Assembly: GCF_021246445.1 (NCBI RefSeq) | Contig: NZ_JAJQXW010000006.1 | Coordinates: forward strand, 1-35,971 | From: Rhabdothermincola salaria | Lineage (GTDB): Bacteria > Actinomycetota > Acidimicrobiia > Acidimicrobiales > Acidimicrobilacustridaceae | Reading direction: 5' to 3' | Length of the DNA: 35,971 bases | Shown here: positions 17,872 through 30,834 of the stretch, piece after piece | Layout of the letters: every line of letters begins with the position of its first letter | How positions within the stretch are numbered: position 1 is the first letter of the stretch | Position numbers and translations under genes: made by a program | Notes under the pieces: model-generated | The model's database searches: none | The model's input: the letters and a program-made list of their open reading frames with translations, nothing else | What the model was told of the DNA's origin: nothing

Positions 17872-19512
17872 TCACGGGCCGGTGGGAGCGACGACGCCCT
17901 GGTCGGTGTCGTCGACCTGCACCAGTGCCGGTTGTCCTTCGCGTGCGGGCTGGACGAGGGCGTCGGGCAGGATCCCGTAGAGCACCGTGACGACGACGCA
18001 GAGGCCGATGGCCAGACCGGCGCCGGCTGGGATCGGGAGGCGCTGGGCTCGCGTGGGCACGGTGCCGTCGTCGCCGTCGTCGGCGCCGGACATGAACATC
18101 GCCACCACGATGCGCAGGTACAAGAAGGCGGCGATGACCGCTGACACCATGGCCACGAGGGCCAAGGGGATCGACGAGGCGTCGACCGCCGCGGTGACGG
18201 CGTAGAACTTGGCGAAGAACCCGGCGGTGAACGGCACACCGGCCTGGGCGAACAGCAACAACGTGAACGCCGCCGCCAGCAGCGGGTTGGTGCGGGCCAG
18301 GCCCCGGTAGTCGGCGAGCTCGTGGCGTCCGTCGCCTCGACGGCCGACGACCGTGATGACGCCGAACGAGCCGGCCACCATGAAGGTGTAGGTGGCCAGG
18401 TAGAAGAGCACGGCGGCGGTGCCGTCGGCCGAGCCGGCCTCGACCGCCATGAGGATGAAGCCGGCGTGGCTGATGGACGAGTACGCCATCATGCGCTTGA
18501 CGTTGCTCTGCACGATGGCGAGGGCGGCGCCCAGCACCATCGACAGGATCGCCAGCGCGTAGACGATCGGCTTCCAGGTGGTGCCGTAGTTCTCGAAGGT
18601 GAGGACGAACACCCGCACCAGCCCGGCGAAGGCCGCCGCCTTGACGCCCGAGGCCATGAAGGCCACGACCGGCGACGGGGCGCCGTCGTAGACGTCGGGG
18701 CTCCAGGCGTGGAACGGCACGGCGGAGACCTTGAAGGCCAGACCGACGAGCATCAGGGCCAGGCCGAGCAGGAGCAACCCGTTCTCGGCGGGCACCACCT
18801 GGGCCATGAAGTCCTTGATGGCGATGAGGTTGGTGGACCCGGTGGCCCCGTAGACCAGGGCGACGCCGTAGAGGAAGAACGCCGAGGAGAACGAGCCCAG
18901 CACGAAGTACTTGAGGCCCGACTCCTGGGACTGGGCCCGGCGCAGGTGCATGGCGGCCAGCACGTACACGGCGATGGAGAGCGTCTCGAGGCCGAGGAAC
19001 ACGACCAACAGGTCGTTGGCCGTGGCCATCATGACGCCGCCGCTGGCCGAGAGCAGCATGAGCACGTAGAGCGCGGGGCCCTCGTCGAGGCCTTCGCGGC
19101 GCAGGTAGTCGTCGGCCAGCAGGGCCGTCAGGATGACCGCCATGCACACGACGACGGTGACGAAGAGCCCGAAGCCGTCGATGCCCACCATGCCACCGAC
19201 CGTGCTGAACGGCCCCATGACCTCGGCGCCGTTGTCCCACCACAGCACCTTCTCCCAGCCCTGGACGCGAGCCCATAGGGGGATGGTGGCGATGGCCGCC
19301 ACGGACGCCACGACGACGGTGGCGATGGCGTAGAAGGAGCGGGGGGTCCGGCTGCGCAGCACCGAGGAGAGAGTGAGCATCAACAGGGCGCCCACCATGA
19401 GCACGATGAGGGGCAACAGGCCCCGCCAGTCGACGGATGGTCCCTGCACCTCGACGATCTGGTCCCCCGGGACCGACGAGGCCTGGGCGAAGAAGGTGGC
19501 GAGTGCGCTCAT
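17872..19512 (-). CDS. nuoN: NADH-quinone oxidoreductase subunit N
   Basis: FLGLETLS, ESGLKYFVLG, AFKVSAVPFHAWSPDVYDGAP, KRMMAYSSISHAG and AGVPFTAGFFAK. Confidence 0.96.
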   Translation of the reverse strand: MSALATFFAQASSVPGDQIVEVQGPSVDWRGLLPLIVLMVGALLMLTLSSVLRSRTPRSFYAIATVVVASVAAIATIPLWARVQGWEKVLWWDNGAEVMGPFSTVGGMVGIDGFGLFVTVVVCMAVILTALLADDYLRREGLDEGPALYVLMLLSASGGVMMATANDLLVVFLGLETLSIAVYVLAAMHLRRAQSQESGLKYFVLGSFSSAFFLYGVALVYGATGSTNLIAIKDFMAQVVPAENGLLLLGLALMLVGLAFKVSAVPFHAWSPDVYDGAPSPVVAFMASGVKAAAFAGLVRVFVLTFENYGTTWKPIVYALAILSMVLGAALAIVQSNVKRMMAYSSISHAGFILMAVEAGSADGTAAVLFYLATYTFMVAGSFGVITVVGRRGDGRHELADYRGLARTNPLLAAAFTLLLFAQAGVPFTAGFFAKFYAVTAAVDASSIPLALVAMVSAVIAAFLYLRIVVAMFMSGADDGDDGTVPTRAQRLPIPAGAGLAIGLCVVVTVLYGILPDALVQPAREGQPALVQVDDTDQGVVAPTGP

Positions 19513-21133
19513 CGGTCCGACTCCTCGGCGAGGGCGGAGTGGTCGTCGGCGGCGCCGTCGCCCTCGACGACGATCTCGAGCTCACGGCCGTCCTGGGTCA
19601 CCGGCTGGGTGAAGCCCGGGACCTCGGCCTCCATGCGGGCCACGACCCGCTTCACCGATGGTTCGATGCGGTCGAGGACGGGCTTGGGGTACACGCCGAG
19701 GAACACGATCAGGAACAGCAGCGGGACCATGACCAGGCGTTCGCTGAGGTCGAGGTCCGGGAAGAGCTTGTTGTCCTCGTCGGGTTCGCCGTGGAAGACC
19801 CGCTGGTAGGCCCACAGCAGGTAGAGGGCGGCGACGATGACGCCGGCGGCGGCCACCACGGCCCACCAGCGGTGGGAGATGAAGGTGCCGAGCAGGATCA
19901 GGTACTCGCCCACGAAGCCGTTGAGGCCCGGTACACCGATGGAGGACATCATCACGACGGTGAAGATGCCCGCGTAGACGGGGGCCACCTTGGCGATGCC
20001 CTTGAGCTTGGCGATCTCGTAGGTGTGGCGGCGCTTGTAGAGGAAGCCGAGCAGGATGAACAGCGCACCGGTGCTGATGCCGTGGTTGACCATCTGCAGC
20101 ACCGAGCCCTCGATGCCCTCCACGTTGAGGGCGAACAGCCCCATGACGGCGAAGCCCATGTGGGCCACCGACGAGTAGGCGACGAGGCGCTTGAGGTTCT
20201 TCTGCATGGCGGCGACGATGCCGCCGTAGATGATGCCGATGGCGCCCAGGGTGAGCATGACCGGCGCGAACCACACGGTGGCCTCGGGGAAGAGCTCGAG
20301 GCCGAAGCGCAGGAAGCCGTACGTGCCGAGCTTGAGCAGGATGCCGGCCAGGTCGATGGAGCCGGCGGTGGGGGCCTCGGTGTGGGCGTCGGGGAGCCAG
20401 GTGTGGAAGGGGAACGACGGGACCTTGACGGCGAAGGCCACTGCCATGCCGAGGAACAGCCACCGTCCGGTGTTGGTGGCCAGCGAGTCGCTGGCGATGA
20501 TCTTGGTGAAGTCGAAGCTCACCCCACCGTCGTCGCCGGCCCCGGCCAGCACGGCGAGGGCCACGATGGACACCAGCATGAAGGCCGAGCCCAGCATGGT
20601 GAACAAGAAGAACTTGGTGGCGGCGTACACCCGGCGGCCGTGGCCCCACTTGCCGATGAGCATGTAGAGCGGGATCAGGGTGATCTCGAACATCAAGAAG
20701 AACAGGAACAGGTCGAGGGCGAGGAACGCCCCCATGCACCCGCCCATGAGCACGGTGAGCCAGCCGTAGTAGCCCTTGACGTCGTGGTCGGGCTTGGCCG
20801 CGAACAGCGCGATGGGGAACAGCACGCCGGTGAGGGCCACGAGGAACAGCGAGATGCCGTCGACGCCGAGGAAGAACTTGATGTCGAGGGACTCGACCCA
20901 GGTCTGGCTCACGGTGAACTGGAAGCCGGGGTCGGCGGTGTCGAACTGGACGACGACGACGGCGGCCAGGATGCCGGTGAGCAGCGAGGCCAGCACGGCC
21001 ACCTGGCGGTGCAGCTCCGGCCGGGATCGGGGGATGAGCGCGATCGCCAGCGCCCCGACGAACGGCACCAGGATGAGGGCCGGGAGGATCGGGAAGCTCG
21101 GCGATTCCGCCGCGAAGAGAGAGGCGCTCAGCA

Positions 21134-21134
<1 letters not shown>
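19509..21134 (-). CDS. nuoM: NADH-quinone oxidoreductase subunit M
   Basis: GVDGIS, FEITLIPLY, KVPSFPFHTWLPDAHTEAPT and KRLVAYSSVAHMG. Confidence 0.96.
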
Positions 21135-23188
<2,054 letters not shown>

Positions 23189-23195
23189 CGGTGCC

Positions 23196-23501
23196 TCAGC
23201 CCCTCAGCAGTCTGATGTCGTCGGCGGTGGCACCGGGCTTGCGCCGGACGACGGCCACGACCAGCCCCAGCCCGACGACGACCTCGGCGGCGGCGACCAC
23301 CAACACGAAGAAGACGATCACCTGCCCGGTGATGTCGTCGAGCATGACGCCGAACGTGACGAAGGACAGGTTGACGGCGTTGAGCATGAGCTCGACGCAC
23401 ATGATCATGACGAGCGGGTTGCGGCGCACCAGCAGTCCGACCGCACCGAGCCCGAACAGCACGGCCGACAGCACCAGGTAGGCCATGTCGAGGTTGCGCA
23501 T
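23196..23501 (-). CDS. nuoK: NADH-quinone oxidoreductase subunit K
   Basis: RRNPLVMIMCVELMLNAVN and VVAAAEVVVGL. Confidence 0.95.
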   Translation of the reverse strand: MRNLDMAYLVLSAVLFGLGAVGLLVRRNPLVMIMCVELMLNAVNLSFVTFGVMLDDITGQVIVFFVLVVAAAEVVVGLGLVVAVVRRKPGATADDIRLLRG

Positions 23502-24103
23502 CAGTGCTCGTCTCCCTCGGCGGGGGCGGTGAGCGGCTCGTCGCCCTGGTCGGTCATGGAGGCCGGCTCACCGATGGGCTCGACGTCCTTGGGTCGACGG
23601 GAGAGCACGACCGCGCCGACCACGGCAATGGTGAGCAGCCCGGCGGTGATCTCGAGCGGGAAGACGTAGGTGGTGAACAGCTGGCGCCCGATCTGGGCGA
23701 TGTTGCCGGCACCCTCCTCGAGGGCCCCGGTGACCGACCGGGCCCCGGTGACGGCGTCGGAGCCGCTGATGACCAGCACCGCGAGCACCGCCCCGACGAG
23801 GACCACCCCGACCAGGCCCGCCAGCGCCCGCTGGCCCACCAGGGGTTCGGTGGTGAGGTCCTCTTCCTGGTCGACGCCGAGGAGCATGAGCACGAACAGG
23901 ATCAGCACCACGATGGCGCCGGTGTAGACGATGACCTGCACGGCGGCCAGGAGCTGAGCGTCCTGGTTGAGGAACAGCACGGCGATGCCGAACAGGCAGG
24001 CCACCAGGCTGAGCGCCGAGTGCACGGGGTTGCGCGAGACGATGACCCCGAGGCCACCGGCCAACACGACGACCGCGCAGATGACGAAGACGGCGGTTTC
24101 CAA
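23501..24103 (-). CDS. nuoJ: NADH-quinone oxidoreductase subunit J
   Basis: RNPVHSAL, QVIVYTGAIVVLILFVLML and YVFPLEIT; TTG start. Confidence 0.94.
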   Translation of the reverse strand: METAVFVICAVVVLAGGLGVIVSRNPVHSALSLVACLFGIAVLFLNQDAQLLAAVQVIVYTGAIVVLILFVLMLLGVDQEEDLTTEPLVGQRALAGLVGVVLVGAVLAVLVISGSDAVTGARSVTGALEEGAGNIAQIGRQLFTTYVFPLEITAGLLTIAVVGAVVLSRRPKDVEPIGEPASMTDQGDEPLTAPAEGDEH

Positions 24104-24106
24104 GAG

Positions 24107-24793
24107 TCAGTGCCCCCCGTGATCGTCGTGACCGGGTGCGTCGTGGCCGTGGTCGTCGTGACCGTCCTCGTCCACGAAGTCCGCCGGTGTGGTCACCCGG
24201 TCCTTGAGCTCCTGGCCGTCCTCGGGGGCGCGGACGCCGTAGCCCAGCTCACCCGACCAGCCGACCGACCCCTCGAAGCGGGCGTCGCCGGACGGCGCGG
24301 TGGCGCGCATCCAGGCCGAGGTGTGCTCGTCCTCGCCGGGTCGCCAGTCCTCCCAGGGCAGGTGCTGAGGACGCCCGTCGTCGTCGACCACCAGCTCTTC
24401 CTTGGTGTAGATGGCGTCGGCCCGGTTGGTGAACGAGAACTCGAACATCTTCGACTCGGTGATGGCCTCGGTGGGGCAGGCCTCGACGCACAGGTCGCAG
24501 TGGATGCAGCGCAGGTAGTTGATCTCGTAGACGTAGCCGTAGCGCTCGCCCGGCGACACGGGATCGTCGGGCGGGTTGTCGGCCCCGCGGACGTAGATGC
24601 AGCGCGCCGGGCACACGCCGGCACAGAGCTCGCACCCGATGCACTTCTCCATGCCGTCCTCGTAGCGGTTGAGGACGTGGCGACCGTGCACCCGGATCGG
24701 CTTGGGGGCCTTCTCCTTGGGGTACTCGGTGGTGACGCGCTGCTTGCGCCCCATCTGGCGCAGGCTGACGAGGAATCCGCCCAGATAGCCCAT
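24107..24793 (-). CDS. nuoI: NADH-quinone oxidoreductase subunit I
   Basis: ATG 24793 (MGYLGGF). [26 protein letters not shown] and [12 protein letters not shown]; His/Asp-rich tail. Confidence 0.95.
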   Translation of the reverse strand: MGYLGGFLVSLRQMGRKQRVTTEYPKEKAPKPIRVHGRHVLNRYEDGMEKCIGCELCAGVCPARCIYVRGADNPPDDPVSPGERYGYVYEINYLRCIHCDLCVEACPTEAITESKMFEFSFTNRADAIYTKEELVVDDDGRPQHLPWEDWRPGEDEHTSAWMRATAPSGDARFEGSVGWSGELGYGVRAPEDGQELKDRVTTPADFVDEDGHDDHGHDAPGHDDHGGH

Positions 24794-24795
24794 GG

Positions 24796-26001
24796 CTAGT
24801 CCACCACCCCTTCGAGTCGGCGGGCCTTGGATGTGGACAACGCCAGCTTCAGCAGGCCGAAGCCGATGCCGAACAGCGCCAGCGTGCCGCCGACGACGAG
24901 GCCGGCGTTCCAGTCCTGGTCGAGGGCCACCTGGATGACGGCCAGCACCAGCACCCAGCCGAGCGAGAGCGGGATGAGGACCTTCCAGCCCAGGTCCATC
25001 AGCTGGTCGTAGCGCACGCGGGGAAGGGTGGCGCGCACCCACACGAAGCCGAACAGGAAGATGACGACCTTCACGAAGAACCAGATGATGCCCCAGAGCC
25101 AACCCGGGCCGATGAGGGCGGGGCCGGCGGGACCGCCGAGGAAGAGCGTGACGATGATGGCGGCCATCGTGATGCTGTTCATGAACTCGGCCAGGAAGAA
25201 CAGGGCGAAGCGGATCGAGGAGTACTCGGTGTGGAAGCCACCGACGAGCTCCTGCTCGGCCTCGACGAGATCGAAGGGCGGCCGGTTCAGCTCGGCCTGG
25301 CTGGCGACGAGGAACACCACGAACGGCACGAGCCCCGTGAGCAGGATGTTCCAGTTGGGCAGGAAGCCCCATCCGCTGCCGGCCTGGTTGAGCACGATGT
25401 CGTGCGTGCTGAGCGAGCCGCTCAGCAACACCACGGCCACGACCGACAACCCGAGCGCAGCCTCGTAGGAGACCATCTGGGCCGAGGCCCGCACCGAACC
25501 GAGCAACGGGTACTTGGAGCCCGAGGACCAGCCGGCGAGCATCACGCCGTAGACGGCGACCGACGACATGGCCAGCGCGAAGAGGACGCCGATGGGCGGG
25601 TCGGCGAGCTGGAGATAGGTCTCCTTGCCGAACAGCTCGACGGTGCCGTTGTTGCCTCCCGTGAAGTCGCCCCCGATGGGGACGATGGCGAACAACAGGA
25701 ACGCCGGGATCACCGACAGCATGGGGGCGAGGATGAAGACCCGTCGCTCGGCCTTGTCGGGGATCAGGTCTTCCTTGAAGAAGAACTTGGTGCCGTCGGC
25801 GAGGGTCTGGAGGATGCCGAAGGGTCCGGCCAGGTTGGGGCCGATGCGGTTCTGGAGGTCGCCGACCACCTTGCGCTCGAACCACACCATCAGCATCGTC
25901 GAGACCAGCAACAGCACGAAGACGACGACGACCTTCAACACCACGATGAGGACGACGGCGAGGTCGATGTTGCCGGCGAGGAGGGGATCACCGCCCAGCA
26001 T
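24796..26001 (-). CDS. nuoH: NADH-quinone oxidoreductase subunit H
   Basis: [68 protein letters not shown] and [17 protein letters not shown]. Confidence 0.96.
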   Translation of the reverse strand: MLGGDPLLAGNIDLAVVLIVVLKVVVVFVLLLVSTMLMVWFERKVVGDLQNRIGPNLAGPFGILQTLADGTKFFFKEDLIPDKAERRVFILAPMLSVIPAFLLFAIVPIGGDFTGGNNGTVELFGKETYLQLADPPIGVLFALAMSSVAVYGVMLAGWSSGSKYPLLGSVRASAQMVSYEAALGLSVVAVVLLSGSLSTHDIVLNQAGSGWGFLPNWNILLTGLVPFVVFLVASQAELNRPPFDLVEAEQELVGGFHTEYSSIRFALFFLAEFMNSITMAAIIVTLFLGGPAGPALIGPGWLWGIIWFFVKVVIFLFGFVWVRATLPRVRYDQLMDLGWKVLIPLSLGWVLVLAVIQVALDQDWNAGLVVGGTLALFGIGFGLLKLALSTSKARRLEGVVD

Positions 26002-26148
26002 CGAAACTGCCTCCGTCGTCGGTCTCGGGGTGGACGCGGGGGGCCGGGGTCAGGCCACGCCCGCAAGGGGACGGCCTAGCCCATCGCACGGAGGTGGGGT
26101 CGCGCAACTCTGCTCGTCGGCCGGCTGCCACCGGTGCCCACGGACCCG

Positions 26149-28881
26149 TCACCGGGCGGTCTCGATGCGCAGGTCGGTGACCGGCACCGTGGCGTCGATG
26201 AGGTCGGTGACCCGGACCTCGGGCTGGTTCACGACCAGCGCTGCGGCCCCGCGGGGCACGCCGGGATCGGCGGCGACGGGCACGGTGACGGTGTGGCGCG
26301 CCGAACGCACGACGACCCGGTCGTGGTCGGCCACACCGAGGCGTTCGAAGTCGTAGGGGTTGATCCGCAGCTCGGTGCCCGGGGCGAGGCCGGACAAGGA
26401 CGACGCGGCCTGGACCTGCGTCCCGAGGTCGTAGAGCTTGCGGGTGGCCACCAGCCGCAGGCTGTAGGCGTCGAGCGGCGGGGCGGGGCTGGCGGCCACG
26501 TGGACGTGGCACAGCAGCTCCGGACGAGGGAGGGCGGCGGGCTCGGCCGACACGGTCTGGTCGGCGAGCTCGCCGTCGTGGTCGGCGAGGTCGGTGGCAG
26601 TGGCCTCGGCCTCGGCGGCGGTGGCCTCGGCCTCGAGGGCCTGGGTCTCGGCCTGGTCCTCGGACGCCGCCGCCTGGGTGGCCAGGGCGTCGGCCTCGGC
26701 GCTGGAGGGTCCGCCGGCGGCGTCGGCAGGCTCCTCGGCGAGCGACTCGGCGTGGGCGGCGAGCGGGACGAGGATGCCTTCGGCTCCGCCCTCGGAGACC
26801 ACGAGCTCACGGGTCACGCCGGCGTGGGCGGGGGCGAGCCGCTCGATCTCGGCCCAGACCGACTCGACCGAGGCGAACCCGAGGTCGGAGCCGAGGCGCG
26901 ACGCCAGCTCGGCGGCGATCATCCAGTCGGGACGGGCCGTCCCCGGCGGGGTCACCCGCTGGGAGAGGGTGGACACGCGACCCTCGATGTTGGTGGTGGT
27001 GCCGGCCTTCTCGGCGAAGCCCGCGGCCGCCAGGACGATGTCGGCCCGGCGGGACGACTCGGTGAGGAAGGTGTCGACGGCGATCACGGTGCGAGCACCG
27101 GTGAGGCCGCGCTCGGCCAGGTCGTGGTCCGGGAAGTCGACGGCCGGGTCGGCGCCGAGGAGCACGAGGACATCGATGCGACCGTCAGCGGCGGCGGCGA
27201 GGATGCCGGCGGTGTCGAGGCCCCGGGCTTCGGGCACCGAGGACCAGCCGTTGCGGTACCAGTCGGCCCCGTCGTCGAGCGTGACCCGGCCGGGCAGCAG
27301 CCCGGGGGCCAGGCCCATGTCGAGGGCCCCGTGCACGTTGCCTCGCCGCAGGGCGGAGAGGAAGCGGGTGTCGGGACGAGCCTGGAGCAGGACGGCGGCG
27401 GCCTCGACCACGCCGTCGGCGGACTCGGCCACCGACGGACGCCCGAGGACCACCGAGACGGGCCCGTCGGCCGCGGCCAGCAGGGCCCGCACCTCGTTGA
27501 CGGCCGCCGGTGAGAGCCCGGCGACCTCCTTGGTGGCGTCAACGGGGGCGACGAGCGCACGCGCCAGCTCGGCGGCGTCGCCCGGGCGGTACAGCAGCGA
27601 CGACGACGCCAGCTCGCTGAGACCGCTGCTGCGCGCCCCCAGCTCGACGAGGGTGACGCGATCCTCGACCACGGCGTGGCGCAGGCGCAGGAAGAGCACC
27701 GGGAGCTCTTCTTTGAGGTCGGGCGCCAGCAGCACGACCGTGCCGCCCGGGGTGCAGACCTGGTCGATGGAGGCCTTGGGCAGGCCGAGCGCGGCCTCGG
27801 CCGGCAAGCCGTCGCCCAGCTGAGCGTCGACGTTGTCGGTGCCGAGCACGCCCTTGGCCAACTTGGCCCAGGCGTAGGCGTCTTCGTTGGTGAGCTGGGA
27901 CCCGCCGATGACGGCGATGGAGGCGGGGCTGGAGGCCCGACCCAGGGCATCGGCGGCGCGGCCGAGAGCGTCGCCCCAACGAGCCGGGCGCAGCGCATCG
28001 CCCTCGCGGACGAGCGGATCGGTGAGACGGCCCTCGGCCTCGATGGACTCGAAGCCGAACCGGCCCTTGTCGCACAGCCAACCCCAGTTGACGGGGTCGA
28101 CGTCGACGCCGTTGAAGCGCAGCACCTGGTCGCGGGAGGAGTCGATGGCGATGCGGCAGCCGACCGCGCAGCCCTGGCAGGTGGACTCGGTGACCTCGAG
28201 GTCCCACGGGCGGGCCTTGAAGCGGTAGCTCGAGGCGGTGAGGGCCCCGACCGGGCAGATCTGCACGGTGTTGCCGCTGAAGTACGACGAGAAGGGCTCG
28301 TCGGGGAAGGTGTTGACCTCGGTCTGGTTGCCTCGGTCGATGAAGTGGATCAGCGGGTCGCCGGCCACCTCCTTGGCGAAGCGGGTGCAGCGGTCGCACA
28401 GGATGCAACGCTCGCGGTCGAGCAGCACCAGGTCGCTGATCGGGATGGGCTTCTCCTTGTGGCGCTTCTCCTCGACGAAGCGGCTCTCCCCCGGGCCGTA
28501 GGCCATGGTCTGGTCCTGCAACGGGCACTCGCCGCCCTTGTCGCAGACCGGGCAGTCGAGGGGGTGGTTGATCAGGAGGAACTCGAGGATGCCGTCCTGG
28601 ACCTTCTTGACGGTGTCGGACTCGGTGTCGACCTTCATGCCGGGGGTGCACTCGAGCATGCAGCTGGGCTGCAGGGCCGGCCCTCGGCCGGTGTCGACCT
28701 CGACGATGCACATGCGGCACATGCCCACCGGCCGCATGCGCTCGTGGTAGCAGAAGCGGGGGATGTAGACGCCGCTGCGCTCGGCGGCTTCGATCAACAG
28801 CTCGCCCTTGTGGGCCACGAACTCGGCGCCGTTGATCTCGACGGCCACACCGTCGGTGGGAGGAGCTTCGGGATCAGGCAT
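26149..28881 (-). CDS. nuoG: NADH-quinone oxidoreductase subunit G
   Basis: RFCYH..GMCRMC..PSC (N1b), HPLDCPVCDKGGEC (N5), CILCDRC..ICPVGAL (N4) and CQGCAVGC..WLCDKGRF (N7). Confidence 0.96.
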   Translation of the reverse strand: MPDPEAPPTDGVAVEINGAEFVAHKGELLIEAAERSGVYIPRFCYHERMRPVGMCRMCIVEVDTGRGPALQPSCMLECTPGMKVDTESDTVKKVQDGILEFLLINHPLDCPVCDKGGECPLQDQTMAYGPGESRFVEEKRHKEKPIPISDLVLLDRERCILCDRCTRFAKEVAGDPLIHFIDRGNQTEVNTFPDEPFSSYFSGNTVQICPVGALTASSYRFKARPWDLEVTESTCQGCAVGCRIAIDSSRDQVLRFNGVDVDPVNWGWLCDKGRFGFESIEAEGRLTDPLVREGDALRPARWGDALGRAADALGRASSPASIAVIGGSQLTNEDAYAWAKLAKGVLGTDNVDAQLGDGLPAEAALGLPKASIDQVCTPGGTVVLLAPDLKEELPVLFLRLRHAVVEDRVTLVELGARSSGLSELASSSLLYRPGDAAELARALVAPVDATKEVAGLSPAAVNEVRALLAAADGPVSVVLGRPSVAESADGVVEAAAVLLQARPDTRFLSALRRGNVHGALDMGLAPGLLPGRVTLDDGADWYRNGWSSVPEARGLDTAGILAAAADGRIDVLVLLGADPAVDFPDHDLAERGLTGARTVIAVDTFLTESSRRADIVLAAAGFAEKAGTTTNIEGRVSTLSQRVTPPGTARPDWMIAAELASRLGSDLGFASVESVWAEIERLAPAHAGVTRELVVSEGGAEGILVPLAAHAESLAEEPADAAGGPSSAEADALATQAAASEDQAETQALEAEATAAEAEATATDLADHDGELADQTVSAEPAALPRPELLCHVHVAASPAPPLDAYSLRLVATRKLYDLGTQVQAASSLSGLAPGTELRINPYDFERLGVADHDRVVVRSARHTVTVPVAADPGVPRGAAALVVNQPEVRVTDLIDATVPVTDLRIETAR

Positions 28882-30220
28882 GGGCGGCGGCCTTGGGGAA
28901 GTCGACGGGCACCGACATCCGGGCTTCCTCGGCCCGGGCGATGGCGGCTTCGAACTCGGGACGGAAGCGCTGCAGCGCGGAGGCGATGGGCGAGACCGCG
29001 GACGGGCCGAGCGGGCAGATGGTGGTCTGCTTGGGCGGCCAGGCGATGCCCGGTGAGATGTTGTCGCAGACGTCCATGAGCAGGTCGAGGTCGCTGGTGC
29101 GGCCGTACCCGTCGTGGATGCGCTGGAGGATGTTCTCGAGCCAGGTGGTGCCCTCGCGGCACGGTGTGCACTTGCCGCAGGACTCGCGGGCGAAGAAGCG
29201 CACGACGCGCAGGCAGGCCTTCACGGCGTCGGTGGTCTCGTCCATGACGACGATGGCCCCCGAGCCAAGCATCGAGCCGGCGCGGTCGACGGTGCCCTTC
29301 TCGAGCGGGAGGTCGAGGTGCTCCTCGTAGAACCACGGCGCCGAGGCCCCACCGGGGATGAACGCCTTGAGCTGGTGGTCGCCCTGGATGCCCCCGGCGT
29401 AGACCGGGGCGTAGATCAGGTCGCGGAAGGTGGTGACGCCGAACTCGACCTCGAACACGCCGGGGTTGCGGACATGGCCCGAGACGGCGAAGACGCGGGT
29501 GCCGCGGGAGTTCTCGGCCCCGAGGTCGGCGAAGGCCTGGCCACCGTTGGTCACGATCCACGGCAGGTTCGACAGCGTCTCGACGTTGTTGACGATGGTG
29601 GGCTGCATGTACAGGCCCTTGGCCGCCGGGAAGAACGGGGGCTTGAGCCGGGGCATGCCCCGGTTGCCCTCGAGGCTCTCGATGAGGGCGGTCTCCTCGC
29701 CGACGATGTAGGCACCGGCACCCCAGGTGAGCACGACGTCGAGGGAGAAGTCCGAGCCCAGGATGTTGCGGCCCACGTAGCCGGCCGTGTACGCCTCGTT
29801 GAGGGCGGCGGCGATGCGCTCCTGGGCCAGGGCCATCTCGCCGCGCACGTAGAGGAACGCTTGGCTGCAGCCGACGGCGTAGCAGGCCAGCAGGACGCCC
29901 TCGATGAGCTGGTGGGGATCGCGCTCCATGAGGAGGCGGTCCTTGTAGGTGCCGGGCTCGCTCTCGTCGCCGTTGACCACGAGGTAGCGGGGCCACACGT
30001 CGGCGGGGGTCAGGCCCCACTTGACGCCGGCGGGGAACCCGGCCCCACCGCGGCCGAGCAGGCTGGCCGTCTTGACCTCTTCGTGCACCTCGGCCGGGCT
30101 CATGGTGAGGGCCTTGCGCAGGGCGGCGTAGCCGCCGGTGGCCACGTAGCGGGCCAGGGTGTGGCTCTCGGGGTCGGAGAACCGTCCGGTGATGATCTTG
30201 GGGGCGTCGGTGATCGCCAT
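28874..30220 (-). CDS. nuoF: NADH-quinone oxidoreductase subunit F (FMN/NADH-binding)
   Basis: ATG 30220 (TGATG overlap). GRGGAGFPAG.KW, NGDESEPGTYKDR, GAGAYIVGEETAL, NNVET and ESCGKCTPCREG..TICPLG. Confidence 0.96.
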   Translation of the reverse strand: MAITDAPKIITGRFSDPESHTLARYVATGGYAALRKALTMSPAEVHEEVKTASLLGRGGAGFPAGVKWGLTPADVWPRYLVVNGDESEPGTYKDRLLMERDPHQLIEGVLLACYAVGCSQAFLYVRGEMALAQERIAAALNEAYTAGYVGRNILGSDFSLDVVLTWGAGAYIVGEETALIESLEGNRGMPRLKPPFFPAAKGLYMQPTIVNNVETLSNLPWIVTNGGQAFADLGAENSRGTRVFAVSGHVRNPGVFEVEFGVTTFRDLIYAPVYAGGIQGDHQLKAFIPGGASAPWFYEEHLDLPLEKGTVDRAGSMLGSGAIVVMDETTDAVKACLRVVRFFARESCGKCTPCREGTTWLENILQRIHDGYGRTSDLDLLMDVCDNISPGIAWPPKQTTICPLGPSAVSPIASALQRFRPEFEAAIARAEEARMSVPVDFPKAAAHA

Positions 30221-30834
30221 CAGGCTTCGCGCTCCTCGGTGGCGGACATCCACACCGGGATGGCGGTGTCCTCGGGGGTGACGTTGCCGGCCCGGCGTTC
30301 GACGGGGATGTGCTGGCGGACCCGGGCCAGGGTGCCGTGGGGCGGGATGTCGTCGCGCCGGCCGCCGCGGAGGTCGTCGACGAGCTGGTCGAACTCGTCG
30401 TGGGTGATCTTGTGGAAGTACCGGTAGTTGACCTGCAGGCACGGGGCCTCGGTGCAGGCCGCGATGCACTCGACATCCTCGATGGTGAACACGCCGTCGG
30501 AGGTGGTCTGGCCGGGCACGATGCCCAGGCGCTGCTCGGCGTGGTGGAGGAGCTCCTCGCCACCGAGGAGCTGACAGGAGATGTTGGTGCAGATGTTCAC
30601 CATGTAGCGCCCGACCGGCTCGAACTTGAACATCTCGTAGAAGCTGGCCGTGCCCAGCACCTCGGCTGATGTGACGCCGACCAGCTCGGCGATGTGGGCC
30701 ATGGCCTCGTCGGTGACGTGGCCGTCCTGCTCCTGGGCCAGGTGCAGCAGCGGGATCAGCGCCGACTTGGGCCGGGGATAGCGACCCACGATCTCGCGGG
30801 CGACGGTGAGGTTCTCAGGGGTGAAGCGCGGCAT
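30220..30834 (-). CDS. nuoE: NADH-quinone oxidoreductase subunit E
   Basis: ATG 30834 (TGATG overlap). SALIPLLHLAQ, ASFYEMF, CTNISC and VECIAACTEAP (N1a). Confidence 0.95.
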   Translation of the reverse strand: MPRFTPENLTVAREIVGRYPRPKSALIPLLHLAQEQDGHVTDEAMAHIAELVGVTSAEVLGTASFYEMFKFEPVGRYMVNICTNISCQLLGGEELLHHAEQRLGIVPGQTTSDGVFTIEDVECIAACTEAPCLQVNYRYFHKITHDEFDQLVDDLRGGRRDDIPPHGTLARVRQHIPVERRAGNVTPEDTAIPVWMSATEEREA

